Part shown: positions 43,828-55,034 of the stretch, one piece after another
Layout: each line of letters begins with the position of its first letter
Numbering within the stretch: position 1 is the first letter of the stretch
Assembly (NCBI GenBank): GCA_002269645.1
Contig: NIVC01000745.1
Coordinates: 113,095 to 177,094, forward strand
Length of the DNA stretch: 64,000 nucleotides
DNA from: Macrostomum lignano
Taxonomy: Eukaryota
Direction of reading: 5' to 3'
Notes under the pieces: model-generated
What the model saw: the letters and a program-made list of their open reading frames with translations, nothing else
What the model was told of the DNA's origin: nothing
Databases searched by the model: none
Program-made: the position numbers and the translations under genes

Positions 43828-45204
43828 ATGTCTGATATACTTTTCAATCTTTATAAGTTTCTGGAATGTCCAAATTTAAAGTTGCGGTGCCCATCATGGG
43901 TGAAAACTCCCTCTCCAATGTTTGTTTTTACGGTAATTATGATCTTCTATTTTGGGATCACATCCGGTAAGACTTTCTATTTTACTGAAGTATTTAAAAA
44001 GCCACAAACTAAAATAAAATATTTCTTTCATATTGTAGAGGATCACCCTTTGTCTAGCTTGGTGATGAACCTATACTATTTAAATAAACTGTCAATGAAA
44101 TTTTCCAGTCAATTAGTATGAAGTGCGGAGGCATAAATTCTAGTTATCCCGCTGTACTGTTTAAATATGTAGTTGTGTCATTTTAATGAAGCTTGTTGTA
44201 ATACATGCCAGTAAATTTAATTACAACATGTGCTAAGAATAAGATTGTTCCTGAGAAAAATGCAAAGAAAAAATGCTCACTATTATTGTATTAAGTAATA
44301 TTAAATACTTATAATTAGAATATATAGGTAATGTAGAAATTGAGTTATTCAGTTAAATGAAAATAAATTGATGTCAGAATGTAGCAAATCATATTCCTAT
44401 GCTATAGTATTAGTAAAGCTGGTCATACCAGATACAAAAATATTTTAAAGCTTGAAAAATTGTACAGAGGAATTATCATTTCATAACAAATTTCAGGTGT
44501 GATTTATGACATTGTTCTGGAGACACCCAGCATTGGCTCGAGAGTTGATGCCCAAGGTCGTAGTAGACCTGTAAGCATTAACACCTTTTAATATGACGGT
44601 ATTTTTGTAATATAGTAATATATTCTACCTTGAATTCTTTCCCCAATTTTTTAGCTAAACCACTGCCGCCCTCCCACATCCTAAGTTTCTGGGGCAACTG
44701 CCATTTTTTGAGATTCTCAGTTGCTAGGCCACTGCCCCCTCGCAGATCTCATAGGCCTAGATCAGATTATACAAACACAGCCCCCAACCTACAACTGCAG
44801 GTAGCATTCCTGCCAAACCGGATCAACGGTCAGTACATCATGGAGGGCCTGGCAGCGAGCTGCATGTTCGCACTGGGCTCCGGCGGCTTCATCATGTTAG
44901 ACCAGCTGCATAGCCGGCAGATCATGCCCAGGTTCACACCGAATGCTGCTCACTGGAGTTGCCCTGCTGTCGGCCCTTGTTGCCTTTTTTGTCTGCCGCA
45001 TCTTTGTGAAGATAAAAATTCCGTACGAGAGTTCGGTTGTGCTATTGCTTATTACAGCTTGGTACTCAATGATAGAACCTGTGCTCAAGTGGCGAAACTT
45101 TGCTTCACTGCTTTCACGTATTCACTTAGCGCTTTCACCTCTGCATTTGGTCCGAAATTGTTTGACAGAGATATCTCAGTACGTGCAAGCCTACTAACAA
45201 GTAG
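43828..45204 (+). CDS. OSTC: Oligosaccharyltransferase complex subunit OSTC/DC2: join(43828..43966,44497..44570,44801..45022,~45169..45204), with an apparent +1 frameshift at 44939-44940 and a probable -1 at about 45170 (pseudogene or sequence error)
   Basis: [75 protein letters not shown] matches OSTC motifs. The final TM (RMLLTGVALLSALVAFFVCRIFVKIKIP) is in a different frame. The last exon is tentative. Confidence 0.9.
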
Positions 45205-45311
45205 CCCAAGAAGTGTGTGGATGCTTTTCCTATCCATCGATACCCATAGAAATTTCATCTATTTTAAGGAACTTTGGAAATCACCAAGAGCAGGTACTGC
45301 ACACCATTGGC

Positions 45312-46503
45312 CACAGAATATAGACAGAATGGCCGATCAGCCCTCTCGCAGAAAAATCTGCCGCAAAAAGTATTTGCATGTTTAGCTACTTTTGTGGTGA
45401 AGAAAGATAGTAGTCACTTATACTTACTCGTATGCGGCTCGGAAAGGTTCTGCCATAGACGACTGAGACTGCGAGTAGCAGCAGCCGATGCCATAGAATA
45501 TACAGTATATTCTGTGGCAGCGGCTGCTGCTACTGACATTAATAAGGCAGTGATTGGCAGCAACGAAGGCATTAACAGAGACAACTTTAACATTATGACA
45601 GCATCAAGAAGGCAATGCGCTGCTTATGGCTGCCAGAATTACACAAACAAATGTCCTGCACAAACGAGATTTCATCGTTTCCCAGAAAACCGTGAAAGGT
45701 ATGTTCATGTACATGCGTGACTTGCCTGCTATTGCCACACAGTCATTCACTGAAACCTAACTACTGTAGGTGTGAAGATTGGGCTCGGCGCATTTTCCGA
45801 TCAGACCTCTTGGGCAAGAAAAACGAAGCGAGGTGGAAGAACGCTGTCGTGTGCAGCCACCATTTTCCCGACAGCATGTACGTGTGTCCTGACCAGAGAC
45901 ATGAGCCTGGGGTCAGACTGATGCCCACGGCATACCCGACGCTCCAGCTGTACGCTCGTACAAAGAAACAGCAGAACCTTACCGCTGCAGTTAACAGAAT
46001 GGGACTCACGCTTTCCGGCATCGTGTGTGACCAGGAGTCTACTCATTGGCAGTGCTTGCGACAGTTAGGGGCGAATCCTGATCGCCCTTCCGTGTGCATC
46101 GAAGTAGACGGAGTTCAGTCACTGATTCCAGCTTAAATCGATGTTCCTCATTGCTTAAAGAACATGCGAAATGCTCTGCATAAGCATTGCATTGAACTTG
46201 ATTATAGAGGCACTCGAAAAACTGCAAACTGGGCAGATATTGTTGCTGTGGCTCAAGTAGAACTAGGAAAGCCTGGAATCAATCATTAATCAGCCTAGGC
46301 ACTGCCAAACCTGTTAATTTTAAATTCTGAAGCAGTATCTAAGTTTATAGAATCATACGCAGAGTCAACATATATTATAAATATATATATGCATATCGAA
46401 TTTTCATAACTACTGCTCCGCTTCACCACAAAAGTAGTTTGTTTGCATATTAATTTCCAAACATCCCGCGACAGCCGATCGGGCATTCTGTCTATATTCT
46501 GTG
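45312..46503 (+). mobile_element. Non-autonomous, internally deleted P-element-superfamily DNA transposon (1192 bp)
   Basis: Perfect 20-bp TIR CACAGAATATAGACAGAATG (extends to about 30 bp with 2 mismatches); perfect 8-bp TSD CCATTGGC (45304-45311 and 46504-46511); 17-bp subterminal inverted repeats (45386-45402 / 46421-46437); THAP plus transposase motifs inside. Confidence 0.93.
45595..46136 (+). CDS. THAP-domain truncated transposase: join(45595..45698,45770..46136), 156 aa; in-frame transposase sequence continues past TAA to 46289
   Basis: THAP C2CH motifs CAAYGC, FHRFP, W, VCSHHF, AYPTL. 71-nt GT-AG intron with CTAAC branch point. Then P/THAP9-type GIVCDQ and, after the stop, DVPHCLKNMRNAL and ANWADI. 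Confidence 0.85.
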
Positions 46504-47289
46504 CCATTGGCTGTAATTGAATTTCACTAATAGAATTTTTCTTCTGTCACAGACTATTTGCTCTTTCGCCGGGCCTGTTTTCCTGATTCTGGGAAGCCAT
46601 GCCCGTTGAATGGTGGGGGGGGGGAAGTGAATCTGACAGTCTGTGAGCTTTGCTTTGGTGTGACTAACACACAAGCTGTATGAGCGCATATGGTTTAGGG
46701 AAAGGTGAGGTCCTTTGACTGCCTCTGTGTGCTCCGATCTCCATAACCAGTATTGAAGTCTATATTATAAGCTTAATTGACTGTGCCATCTACTTTTCAA
46801 TGTTGACTTAGCGCGATAATGTACTTTTTGCATGGGAAAAATCACACTGCAGCGCCTACCTGGCCAAGTAAAGCTTGGACTGCTGACTACCTTGAACAGC
46901 CTTACCGAGACAACATTTATCAACTCTGTGCTCTTTTCTTCATAAATTGTTAACTCTTTATTTCATTTTCTCTCTAACGGAAAGTCGGTTTGCTTGGCAT
47001 TTAGTTCTGCCTGATTTTCTAATTGGATTTCTGGTGGTACGAGCTACTTCGAATTCCTTCACCTTTTAACTTGCTTTTGCATGGCTCAATTTTTACGTAA
47101 CGTTTTAAATCGAGTTTTATTCTGTCTTAAGAAAACAATAAATAGCCTTTGATTGGAGGTGACTTTCTCCATTTTTTCAAATTCAATGATAACAGAACCC
47201 AATTTAACTGGCGTTTTCACGTGTCTTGAAATCAGCTTGAGCAATTATGTTACTTTAAATAGGCCGATGGCGCCAACTTCTAGACTTGG

Positions 47290-47603
47290 GCTACCTGCCT
47301 GTCTCTCTAGACTGTCTAATTTCCAGCTTGCACTGTCTGTCTCTCTAGACTGTCTGTAATTTCCAGCTTGCACTGTCTGTCTCTCTAGACTGTCTGTAAT
47401 TTCCAGCTTGCACTGCCTGTCTCTCTAGACTGTCTGTAATTTCCAGCTTGCACTGTCTGCCTGCCTGTCTCTCTAGACTGTCTGTAATTTCCAGCTTGCA
47501 CTGTCTGTCTCTCTAGACTGTCTGTAATTTCCAGCTTGCACTGCCTGTCTCTCTAGACTGTCTGTAATTTCCAGCTTGCACTGTCTGCCTGCCTGTCTCT
47601 CTA
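47290..47603. repeat. Minisatellite, about 41-bp unit TGTCTCTCTAGACTGTCTGTAATTTCCAGCTTGCACTG(T/C)C
   Basis: About 7 copies, intergenic. Confidence 0.92.
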
Positions 47604-47901
47604 GTCTAAATTTTAGTAACAGATTTGTGATAAAACTAAGAAAACAAATATCGCGCTTTGCAGTTTGAATACGCCTGTGGTTGTTTTATTTTTAGAGAAA
47701 ATAGGAGCCATCAATCCATTTGTAACGCTTAGTGTTTGGTTCTTGGGGTTGATTACAAAATTTAAATCAAGTCAAATTATGCACAATAGCTAAGTGATGC
47801 GAGCACAGCTGTCACTCGTATATCTGTCGCATCGCGCGTTCATTTAAATAAATATCTTTCAAAAGAAAAAAAATTCGGCAAATTGGAATAATTTTTTACG
47901 G

Positions 47902-49659
47902 TCAAACGCTTTCATTGTCTGTGGGACAGACTGCATTTCTGATGAAGCAGCTTTTGAAGCAGCAGAAGAAGCCACGCCTGCCGCTCTCGCCTCCGTCAAC
48001 GCCGCTGCTTCGAGCATCCAGGAGGTCCGCCGCGCTTTCCGCTTCAATTTGCATCATAGCCGTCTTTGCCTCCTCTTCGGACTGCAGACGCTGCAGCGGC
48101 AGCTCCCCACTTGCAGGAGCTTCCTGATTTTCTTCGCTCGTCGGCCCTTGCTGCTGGTACTTGGTGCTGCGCCGCATCTTCTCCTTGTTGAGCTGCTTCG
48201 CTGTTGGCGAAGCCTGACCGTTGGTTGCTTCAGGCCCGCGCCGCCGTCGGTTGCTGTTGAGGTTCAGCCAATCTGGTGTCTCATCTGACGCCTCTGTGGC
48301 ACCCGATGTTGGTTCTTCTGAAGCCGCCAGGCTCTCCAGTTTCCGCTTCAACTCTTCGTACTTTATGCTGCGGTCTTTGCTTACTGGGGGTGCCGGCTGA
48401 CTGGCTGAGGATTCCTTCACATTTGGTTCGCTTTCAACTCGCTGAGTTGGCGAGTCCTCAGCAGCTTTGGCCTCCTCAATGTCATTATCGATTTTGCCTG
48501 ACGGAATTTCAGTTTCCGGATCTTGGTTAGCTTTGTAAGTATCTCCGTTGCCGCTATCATGTTCTGGTTTGCTTGTTGTTTGTTCTTGCTCGCATTCCTG
48601 GTTGTTTCTTTCAGTAGTATCCTCATCAATCGCTTGCTCTTCATCTCCAGCAGCGTCTCTGCCGTCTCTTTGTATGCTTTCATACGCATCCTCAGCTTCG
48701 CGGTTTTCTTGGTCATTGTAGCCGGCATGCTCACCAGCTTTCCTTTCAATTGCCTTATTGCTCGAGTCTGCCCGTTTCTCTTCATTTTCATGTCCTATCG
48801 GACGATCAGCTGCTTCTTCGTCACTTCTGCCTTCATCATCAGACTTTGCCTCTCCGTCACTCTTGCCTTCATCAAACTTTGCTTCTCCGTCACTTCTACC
48901 TTCATCATCAGACTCTGCTTCTCCGTCATTTCTGCCTTCATCATCAGACTTTGCTTCTTCGTCACTTGCTGCATGATCTTCTTCAGCCGTGTCTAACTCT
49001 GGTTCGCAAATTATCGGCAGTCTGGTTGGTGCTCCCCCAGGCTCTGCAGCACCCTGGGCTTCGCTTCTTAGTTCGTTCGTTGGAGAGTGACATTGATTTT
49101 CTGACCCAGTCTCTGTAGTTGCAGCATCGGCATTTAATTCACTGGCGGCTGCAGCGTCTTGGTAGTCCGCTGGTTCTGCTGTTTCTTCCACGTCTGCCGC
49201 TGTGCTGCTGACATCGGGAGTTTGAGCATCGGTGTTCTGCTCTTCTGGCTTAGCTGGTGCACTTTCAGACGCAGCCGCATCTGCTGCTTTACCTGAAATA
49301 TTTTCCATTTCCTCAGCCTTCCAGCTGTCCTGCGACTCTTGGCTTTCATAATCAATCTTAGACTTGTCCTCTCTCGTCTTTTTCCCGTTCTTCATTTCCT
49401 GCAGCTTTGGGCTGTCCGCCTCTGCTGAGTTGTCTTCCGGTTGGGCCGAAGGAAACTCGAACGAGACTCGACTGTTGCGCTTGCGCACTTTCTTCTTGCC
49501 GCCAAACGCGGTCGGAGGGTCCTGCGGCTGCGGACTGGCTCTGTCGGGCACGTTCTCCACCTGATTGTCGCCTTGCAGAAACGACTCAAACTGCTCAGCC
49601 GCCTCGGACTGAGCCTCTTGCAATACCGCCTCGGCCATGGCTTCCGCCTGCTCTTCCAT
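47902..49659 (-). CDS. 585-aa acidic, predicted disordered protein with an RVxF motif, internal 12-aa repeats and a Cys-rich C-terminus; family not recognised
   Basis: Uninterrupted 1758-nt ORF with E/A/D/S-rich composition; KKVRKRNSRVSF; about 4x DGEAKSDDEGRS; GFFCCFKSCF. The N-terminus could extend via an upstream acceptor. Confidence 0.8.
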   Translation of the reverse strand: MEEQAEAMAEAVLQEAQSEAAEQFESFLQGDNQVENVPDRASPQPQDPPTAFGGKKKVRKRNSRVSFEFPSAQPEDNSAEADSPKLQEMKNGKKTREDKSKIDYESQESQDSWKAEEMENISGKAADAAASESAPAKPEEQNTDAQTPDVSSTAADVEETAEPADYQDAAAASELNADAATTETGSENQCHSPTNELRSEAQGAAEPGGAPTRLPIICEPELDTAEEDHAASDEEAKSDDEGRNDGEAESDDEGRSDGEAKFDEGKSDGEAKSDDEGRSDEEAADRPIGHENEEKRADSSNKAIERKAGEHAGYNDQENREAEDAYESIQRDGRDAAGDEEQAIDEDTTERNNQECEQEQTTSKPEHDSGNGDTYKANQDPETEIPSGKIDNDIEEAKAAEDSPTQRVESEPNVKESSASQPAPPVSKDRSIKYEELKRKLESLAASEEPTSGATEASDETPDWLNLNSNRRRRGPEATNGQASPTAKQLNKEKMRRSTKYQQQGPTSEENQEAPASGELPLQRLQSEEEAKTAMMQIEAESAADLLDARSSGVDGGESGRRGFFCCFKSCFIRNAVCPTDNESV

Positions 49660-51048
49660 GCTGTGCTGCTCCGTTATCTCTGACCGTCGGGGAACTGCGG
49701 AACGCTTTTTTACTCTGAAACTCTGCCGGGCGATGGAGACGCACGGAGCTCAGTTGCCTTGACAACCGAGATGCCCCTCCCCCTTTCCTCCAGCCTAACC
49801 TATGCTAGCCCTATGCCTTGGCTAGCGGCTGGTTTTCAGATCGCTAAATGAATAATTAATGCACGAGAAAACGCGCTACGTACGAAGCACAGATAAGACC
49901 AACGCAGAGCAGCGGCCGCGCTGCGCCCATCACCGGAGTTGCGGCCTGTTTCACATTGGTAGTCTGCCTGGCTGGCCCAGTGCTGGCTTTAATGCTTCTA
50001 GGAATCACCGGATTTACTGGGTCTGAGAATAAAGACTCAAATGTACTCGTTTGGATGCCGTAAGGCCTACTTACTGGTGGGCTAAGTACTTTTTATCCAG
50101 ATTCAGTATGCTGGATTCAAATTTAATTCAAAGTTATCGCTGAACGGGCGCTCCAGACTGCTTGATTCTGCAATATAATTAAAGAACTCGGGCTTAGACC
50201 ACCAGGCCCAAAGTACCTCTATAATATGATAGCACAGTTGCGTGCGCAAAATATAAATTATTACTTTTTTATTAAAGTGCTCGATTTCAAAGCCCCATCC
50301 AGGCGCACACAGAGGCTGCCCAATTGAGCTCGCAAAGTCCTGAGCGGGAGGGGGTGGGTTAACTATGACCGGATGCTCCGAGTGGCCTCCGCCACTTGCA
50401 CGCAGCTGCCTCAGTTGTGATGCACAGCTTCCGGAATCGGTCTGAGCTGGCTGGGTTTTTTGAAGAATATCGACAGAAAAAAATGCGGTCTGCGCTCTCA
50501 GCCGGCACTGCTTTCCGGACACTCACGACAATTTGAGCTGATGAGCTATCAATCAACAGTTTACCCGAATCTTGGCTTGTAAAAATTTAAAACAGTTTAC
50601 AAGGCCTGATTGATATCCCAGCTCTCTTGAACCGAGTTATTTTCCAACTAAATCGCCATAAATCTCAGGCCTGGCTTATAGGTTTATTCGAATAAAGAAA
50701 TCATTTTCTCACAAAGCTAAATAGCTGCGCCAAGCCAGACTGCCTGCCTGGGTTCTGCGGCGCAAACTAACGAAGGGCCTTGCTTGGAAGCCGGAAAAGG
50801 CAGAAAGACAGATAAACTGGAGAAGAATGAATTCCCGTCTGGCGTGGAAGATAGACGATCTTTCATAAGCTGTGAAGGCGCCGCTCTCTCATTGGGCTTT
50901 GGTTTTCCCAGCAGTTTGAGCTTCAGCCTGAGGCTGGGGCAGCAAATGAGGCTGCGGGGAGTCTGGAAACGATTTATTTGCGTGAGGGACTTTGGACTCT
51001 GGCCGCTTCAAACCAACAGCTCACACACCGTTTCAACGCCGCCAGACC

Positions 51049-52838
51049 ATGGGCATCAAGTCCTCGAAGCTGACCCCTCGTGAGCTCCGCGACCTCACGC
51101 AGCAGACGCAGTTCACCGAGGCCGAGCTGCAGAGCTGGTACCGCGGCTTCCTCAAGGACTGCCCGAGCGGTCAGCTCACCCGGTCGGAGTTCCAGCGCAT
51201 CTACGCCAGCTTCTTTCCTAACGGCGACGCCACCAGATTCGCCGCGCACGTCTTCCGCACCTTTGACCGGGACGGGAACGATCGAATCGACTTTCGGGAG
51301 TTCGTCTGCGCCCTGAGCGTCACCTCAAGAGGCAGCCTGGAGCAGAAGCTCACGTGGGCCTTCGCCATGTACGACCTTGATGGCGACGGGTTCATCAGCC
51401 GTCAGGAGATGCTGGAGATCGTGCGCGTGCGTTGGAGTATCAGAGTGTTTGTGCAGCATTTCTATGGCCACTAGTGTTTTTCAGGCTGAAGGCTTAAGGA
51501 GCGAGTCAAAACTTCATCGAAGAGTCCCCGTTTCGAGTTAAAAGCATTTGTAAAGATAGTTTTTCTTTTTGTTATATTAAACTGATCACATTCACCAGTC
51601 TTTAGTAGTTAACAAAGTAGCTAATCAACTACCGTCTCGGGGCAAACGCACATTCGCAGAACGCTCTTGAGAAGTCGCGATACCAGGAAAATAGCAAAAG
51701 TTACTCGTAGTTTTCGAAGCAGAAGATTCCTATCTAGCCCATTTAGTTTAAAAAACATATTTCAAGTTTTTCATGAAATTATCGTAGCTTCACAGAGATG
51801 CATAATAAACTTATCAAGTGTAAAGCGCCCAAAGAACAAGCTAAGCTAAACTGATTGATTTAATTCCACCAACTTGCCCAACTTGGCCAAGTGTCCAAAC
51901 AGAAATGGATGGATTAGATTAGCAAAACTCGCACAGGGAACATTGCCACACCCGAGGTCAAAATTATCCTAGCAAACATCAAGGAAAGTGTTCTGTAAAC
52001 TCGGCCGAAATCGTGAACTCAAATGCAATCGTGTGTTTGCGTACAGACTCATTAATCATAATGGGCATCCAGGCGTTGTGTGATAAAGCCATGACAGATT
52101 AGTCATGAATTAGAGATGCATTAAGAAGTACTAATCAACAGCTACTGAGGCTGTTTGTAATATAATTTTAGCCATTCGAACAGAACCTTTTAACCCCTCA
52201 GCATTGACATCCAAGCAATTCCCCCATCAGCCTTGACATCTCCGCAATTCCACTCGTAAGACATCATAACTTTACTTTCATTGCTAAATATCTTCAATTT
52301 CGATCTTGAGAAACTGGGCCTCGGCAAAATTCGAAGTGTTACGCGCTTTAATTAGCTGTGCTCCTTTGCCAAATGCCCGCTGCAGCTCACTCAAATTTCA
52401 GTTCGGGCAAAAATCACTTTTTCTGAATCGAATCTGCGCTGCTCTAAGCGGATCGAGACCCGCGACTCTTCTCAAATCGCTCCGGTTCCGCTCAGATTAC
52501 CTTACCCCCGAATCCACTTGCCTGCTATCCGACTGCCTGACTCCCTTTCATTAATTCGGCAAAACCCGAGTTAGCTGGGTGTCACATTTCTGAGATTTTT
52601 TTGTCTCCTCAAGCCCTTCATCCGCCATCCGCAGGCGATCTACAGCATGATGGGCGCCGTCTCCGACATACCGGAGGACGAGCTGACGCCGGAGAAGCGG
52701 ACGGACAAAATCTTCGGCCAGATGGACCGCAACCTGGACGGCCGGCTGTCTGTCGAAGAGTTTATCGACGGGGCGAAGTCGGACCCGAGCATCGTGCGGC
52801 TGCTGCAGCCCGGCGAGGCCGGCGGCGCTGACGACTGA
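51049..52838 (+). CDS. NCALD: Neuronal calcium sensor, neurocalcin/hippocalcin-like: join(51049..51426,52635..52838), 193 aa
   Basis: MGIKSSKL myristoylation motif; KDCPSG inactive EF1; EF2 [14 protein letters not shown]3 [14 protein letters not shown]4 [12 protein letters not shown]; [12 protein letters not shown]; phase-0 intron after codon 126 (EIVR|AIY). Confidence 0.95.
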
Positions 52839-55034
52839 CCGGCGGAAGCGCCCTGCGGAGCAGTTTTTGAGTCCATTCAAAAGCGATAACTCTATAGGTT
52901 TATATAGTGCAATCATAGCCAACATTACTATTGCAACTGCTTCAGTCGTTGTCATTATGTTACAGTGGAAGCCTCCCCTCTCTACATTGGTTCTGCGCCA
53001 GAAAGGGGCAACACATCGTGGCACTCCAAAATCGTCAATTTTTTGAGTGCATGTCAGCAAGCAGCATTTGAGACCTTTGAGACGCTGAGCCGGCGCTGTG
53101 CACCCTGTGTGAGCGTACAGTATTGACACCTTTGATGTGCTCAGGAGCCAGTGAAACGGGCAGAATTGTCGTCAAAGTCGTCGCGTCAATAATTATTGAA
53201 TATTTCGAAATTAACAACCGTTTTGCAGAACTTTAATTAATTGAAACTAAACGTCAGTAATTTGTTCCCGCACGCAGTTGTGGACCCTCGAAAAATTACT
53301 ATTTGACATATTCTGTTTATTACGATGCGAAGTCAAAAGTTTGCCCCCATTGTCCCGGAATTTAACCTGCACTACGTGCCGTGCCGTGCTTAGTCTCGGT
53401 AGATCTGTTAATACCAGGTAGTTCTTTTGAAAGATTTGCGCTTGCGGTTCTGTCTCTATGTTAACTGAGAGCCTATTCAATTCCGATGTACATTATATTC
53501 TATTATTCTCACCACATTAAGTACGTCTTTACGTACTTCTAGAGTCAAGTCAAATCCTAATGCCATTCTGCGTTGTCTATAACTGAATTATCCCCTTAAG
53601 TTTTCCTACCATTAATTAAAACAAAAATTCAATAGTGCATCTCAGTAATCCAATAAGAAAAAAGCTGTAAGCAAAGATAATTGCTACCTGTCTACCTATC
53701 AATCGTTTGAAATACATCTGAAGCCAGGGACCATTCAAGCAGTCCCTGTCTAAAGCCATTACAAACTGAACGCAATCAGACCTATAATACTTTTTTTCTG
53801 AAAAAGGGAAACTGATGTGCACTTTGTGATCCAATCAAGCTTGCTGTACACTTGAGTGTCTAACACTGGATACAGAGCGTACTTTAAAGATTTATCAGAT
53901 GAAGCAGTTACCGTCCGTAGATGTTGGTTATCAGAATTTACAGAACGATTACTGATGCATGAAGTTCATACAGAAATGCGCGCATGTTTGTCCCTACGCG
54001 TATCCGCGATGTTCTGCGACACGGAGCTGTGACCGACATTCCGTCCCGCCCTCGAACCATGCACCTGTTTGTATGCCGCCCCAGCAACAGCGTCTCCGTC
54101 TTGAGGCTGCCTACCTCCGGGCGCTGTTTTCAATTTTCTTTTCTTCATCTCAGCAGTTCGGAGCCGGCAGCTTCCCTCCCCCCGGCTCCGGGCCCGCGAG
54201 TTTGTTTGCTCAGCACTCGAGGCTCACCCGTCCAAATCCAATAAGTCCCGGACACCGTGGGATGTCTAGGAAAACTGCCGCGCCCGGGCCTGGCCAGTTA
54301 TCTCATTGCGGATGGAGACGTGCCGAATCCTCCGATCCGTTTTTGTGTCCCGCCGCTGGCCGAGAAGCCAATAAGCCGGGGACAGACGGAGCTCCCATTC
54401 AGCTCCATCCGGTAATGTCTCCATCCAGACTTTTGAATCATTGGCACGATGCTGGAACCTGGATCGGGCATTGATTTGCTCTCTCATTCGAGAATTTGTT
54501 TCATTAAAGGCCTGTGCGCGTCCATACATGTTGAATCAGTGCTGAGGATACTTACAAAATGTTGGCATACCTGCAAAGACAAAACTTTAGCCATATCCGA
54601 GTTTTCTGTAATAACCAAAGTGCTTGTGACCTAGCAATAGATTTTTGCTAGTAAAAATGCCAATCATGGCAAATGGTAAAATTAGTAAAACACAAAATAC
54701 CGTTGTGCCAGTGTGTCTTTTCTCGGATGAGCCAAATCCAGCTCTGTGTGTCATTTGGCCCGACATTTCTCTCTTAAGGCCGGTTCAAATTACCGCCAGT
54801 AGCTCCGCTAGTCCAAGATTACTCAAATCAATGCACACTTGGTAACACTGACTCGAACCTTCTTCGATGCGCAGAGCTGCTGGCATGAATGTGAACCAAC
54901 CTTTACAACCATTACACGTCTACGCCAGCCTCACCCCTAAGCCTTCTATTCCCCTCCCGTAAAGCCCCAAGGTAGCCCCATCGACTGGGCCCTGTCTGCT
55001 TTAGAGGCTAAGCATCTGTGCTTCGCTTTTCGAG

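Noticed and set aside
50370-50530. Short protein-like frame (HLHAAASVVMHSFRNRSELAGFFEEYRQKK) between the acidic gene and neurocalcin
   Set aside because: Stop codon just upstream, only about 31 aa from the first ATG, no supporting splice sites
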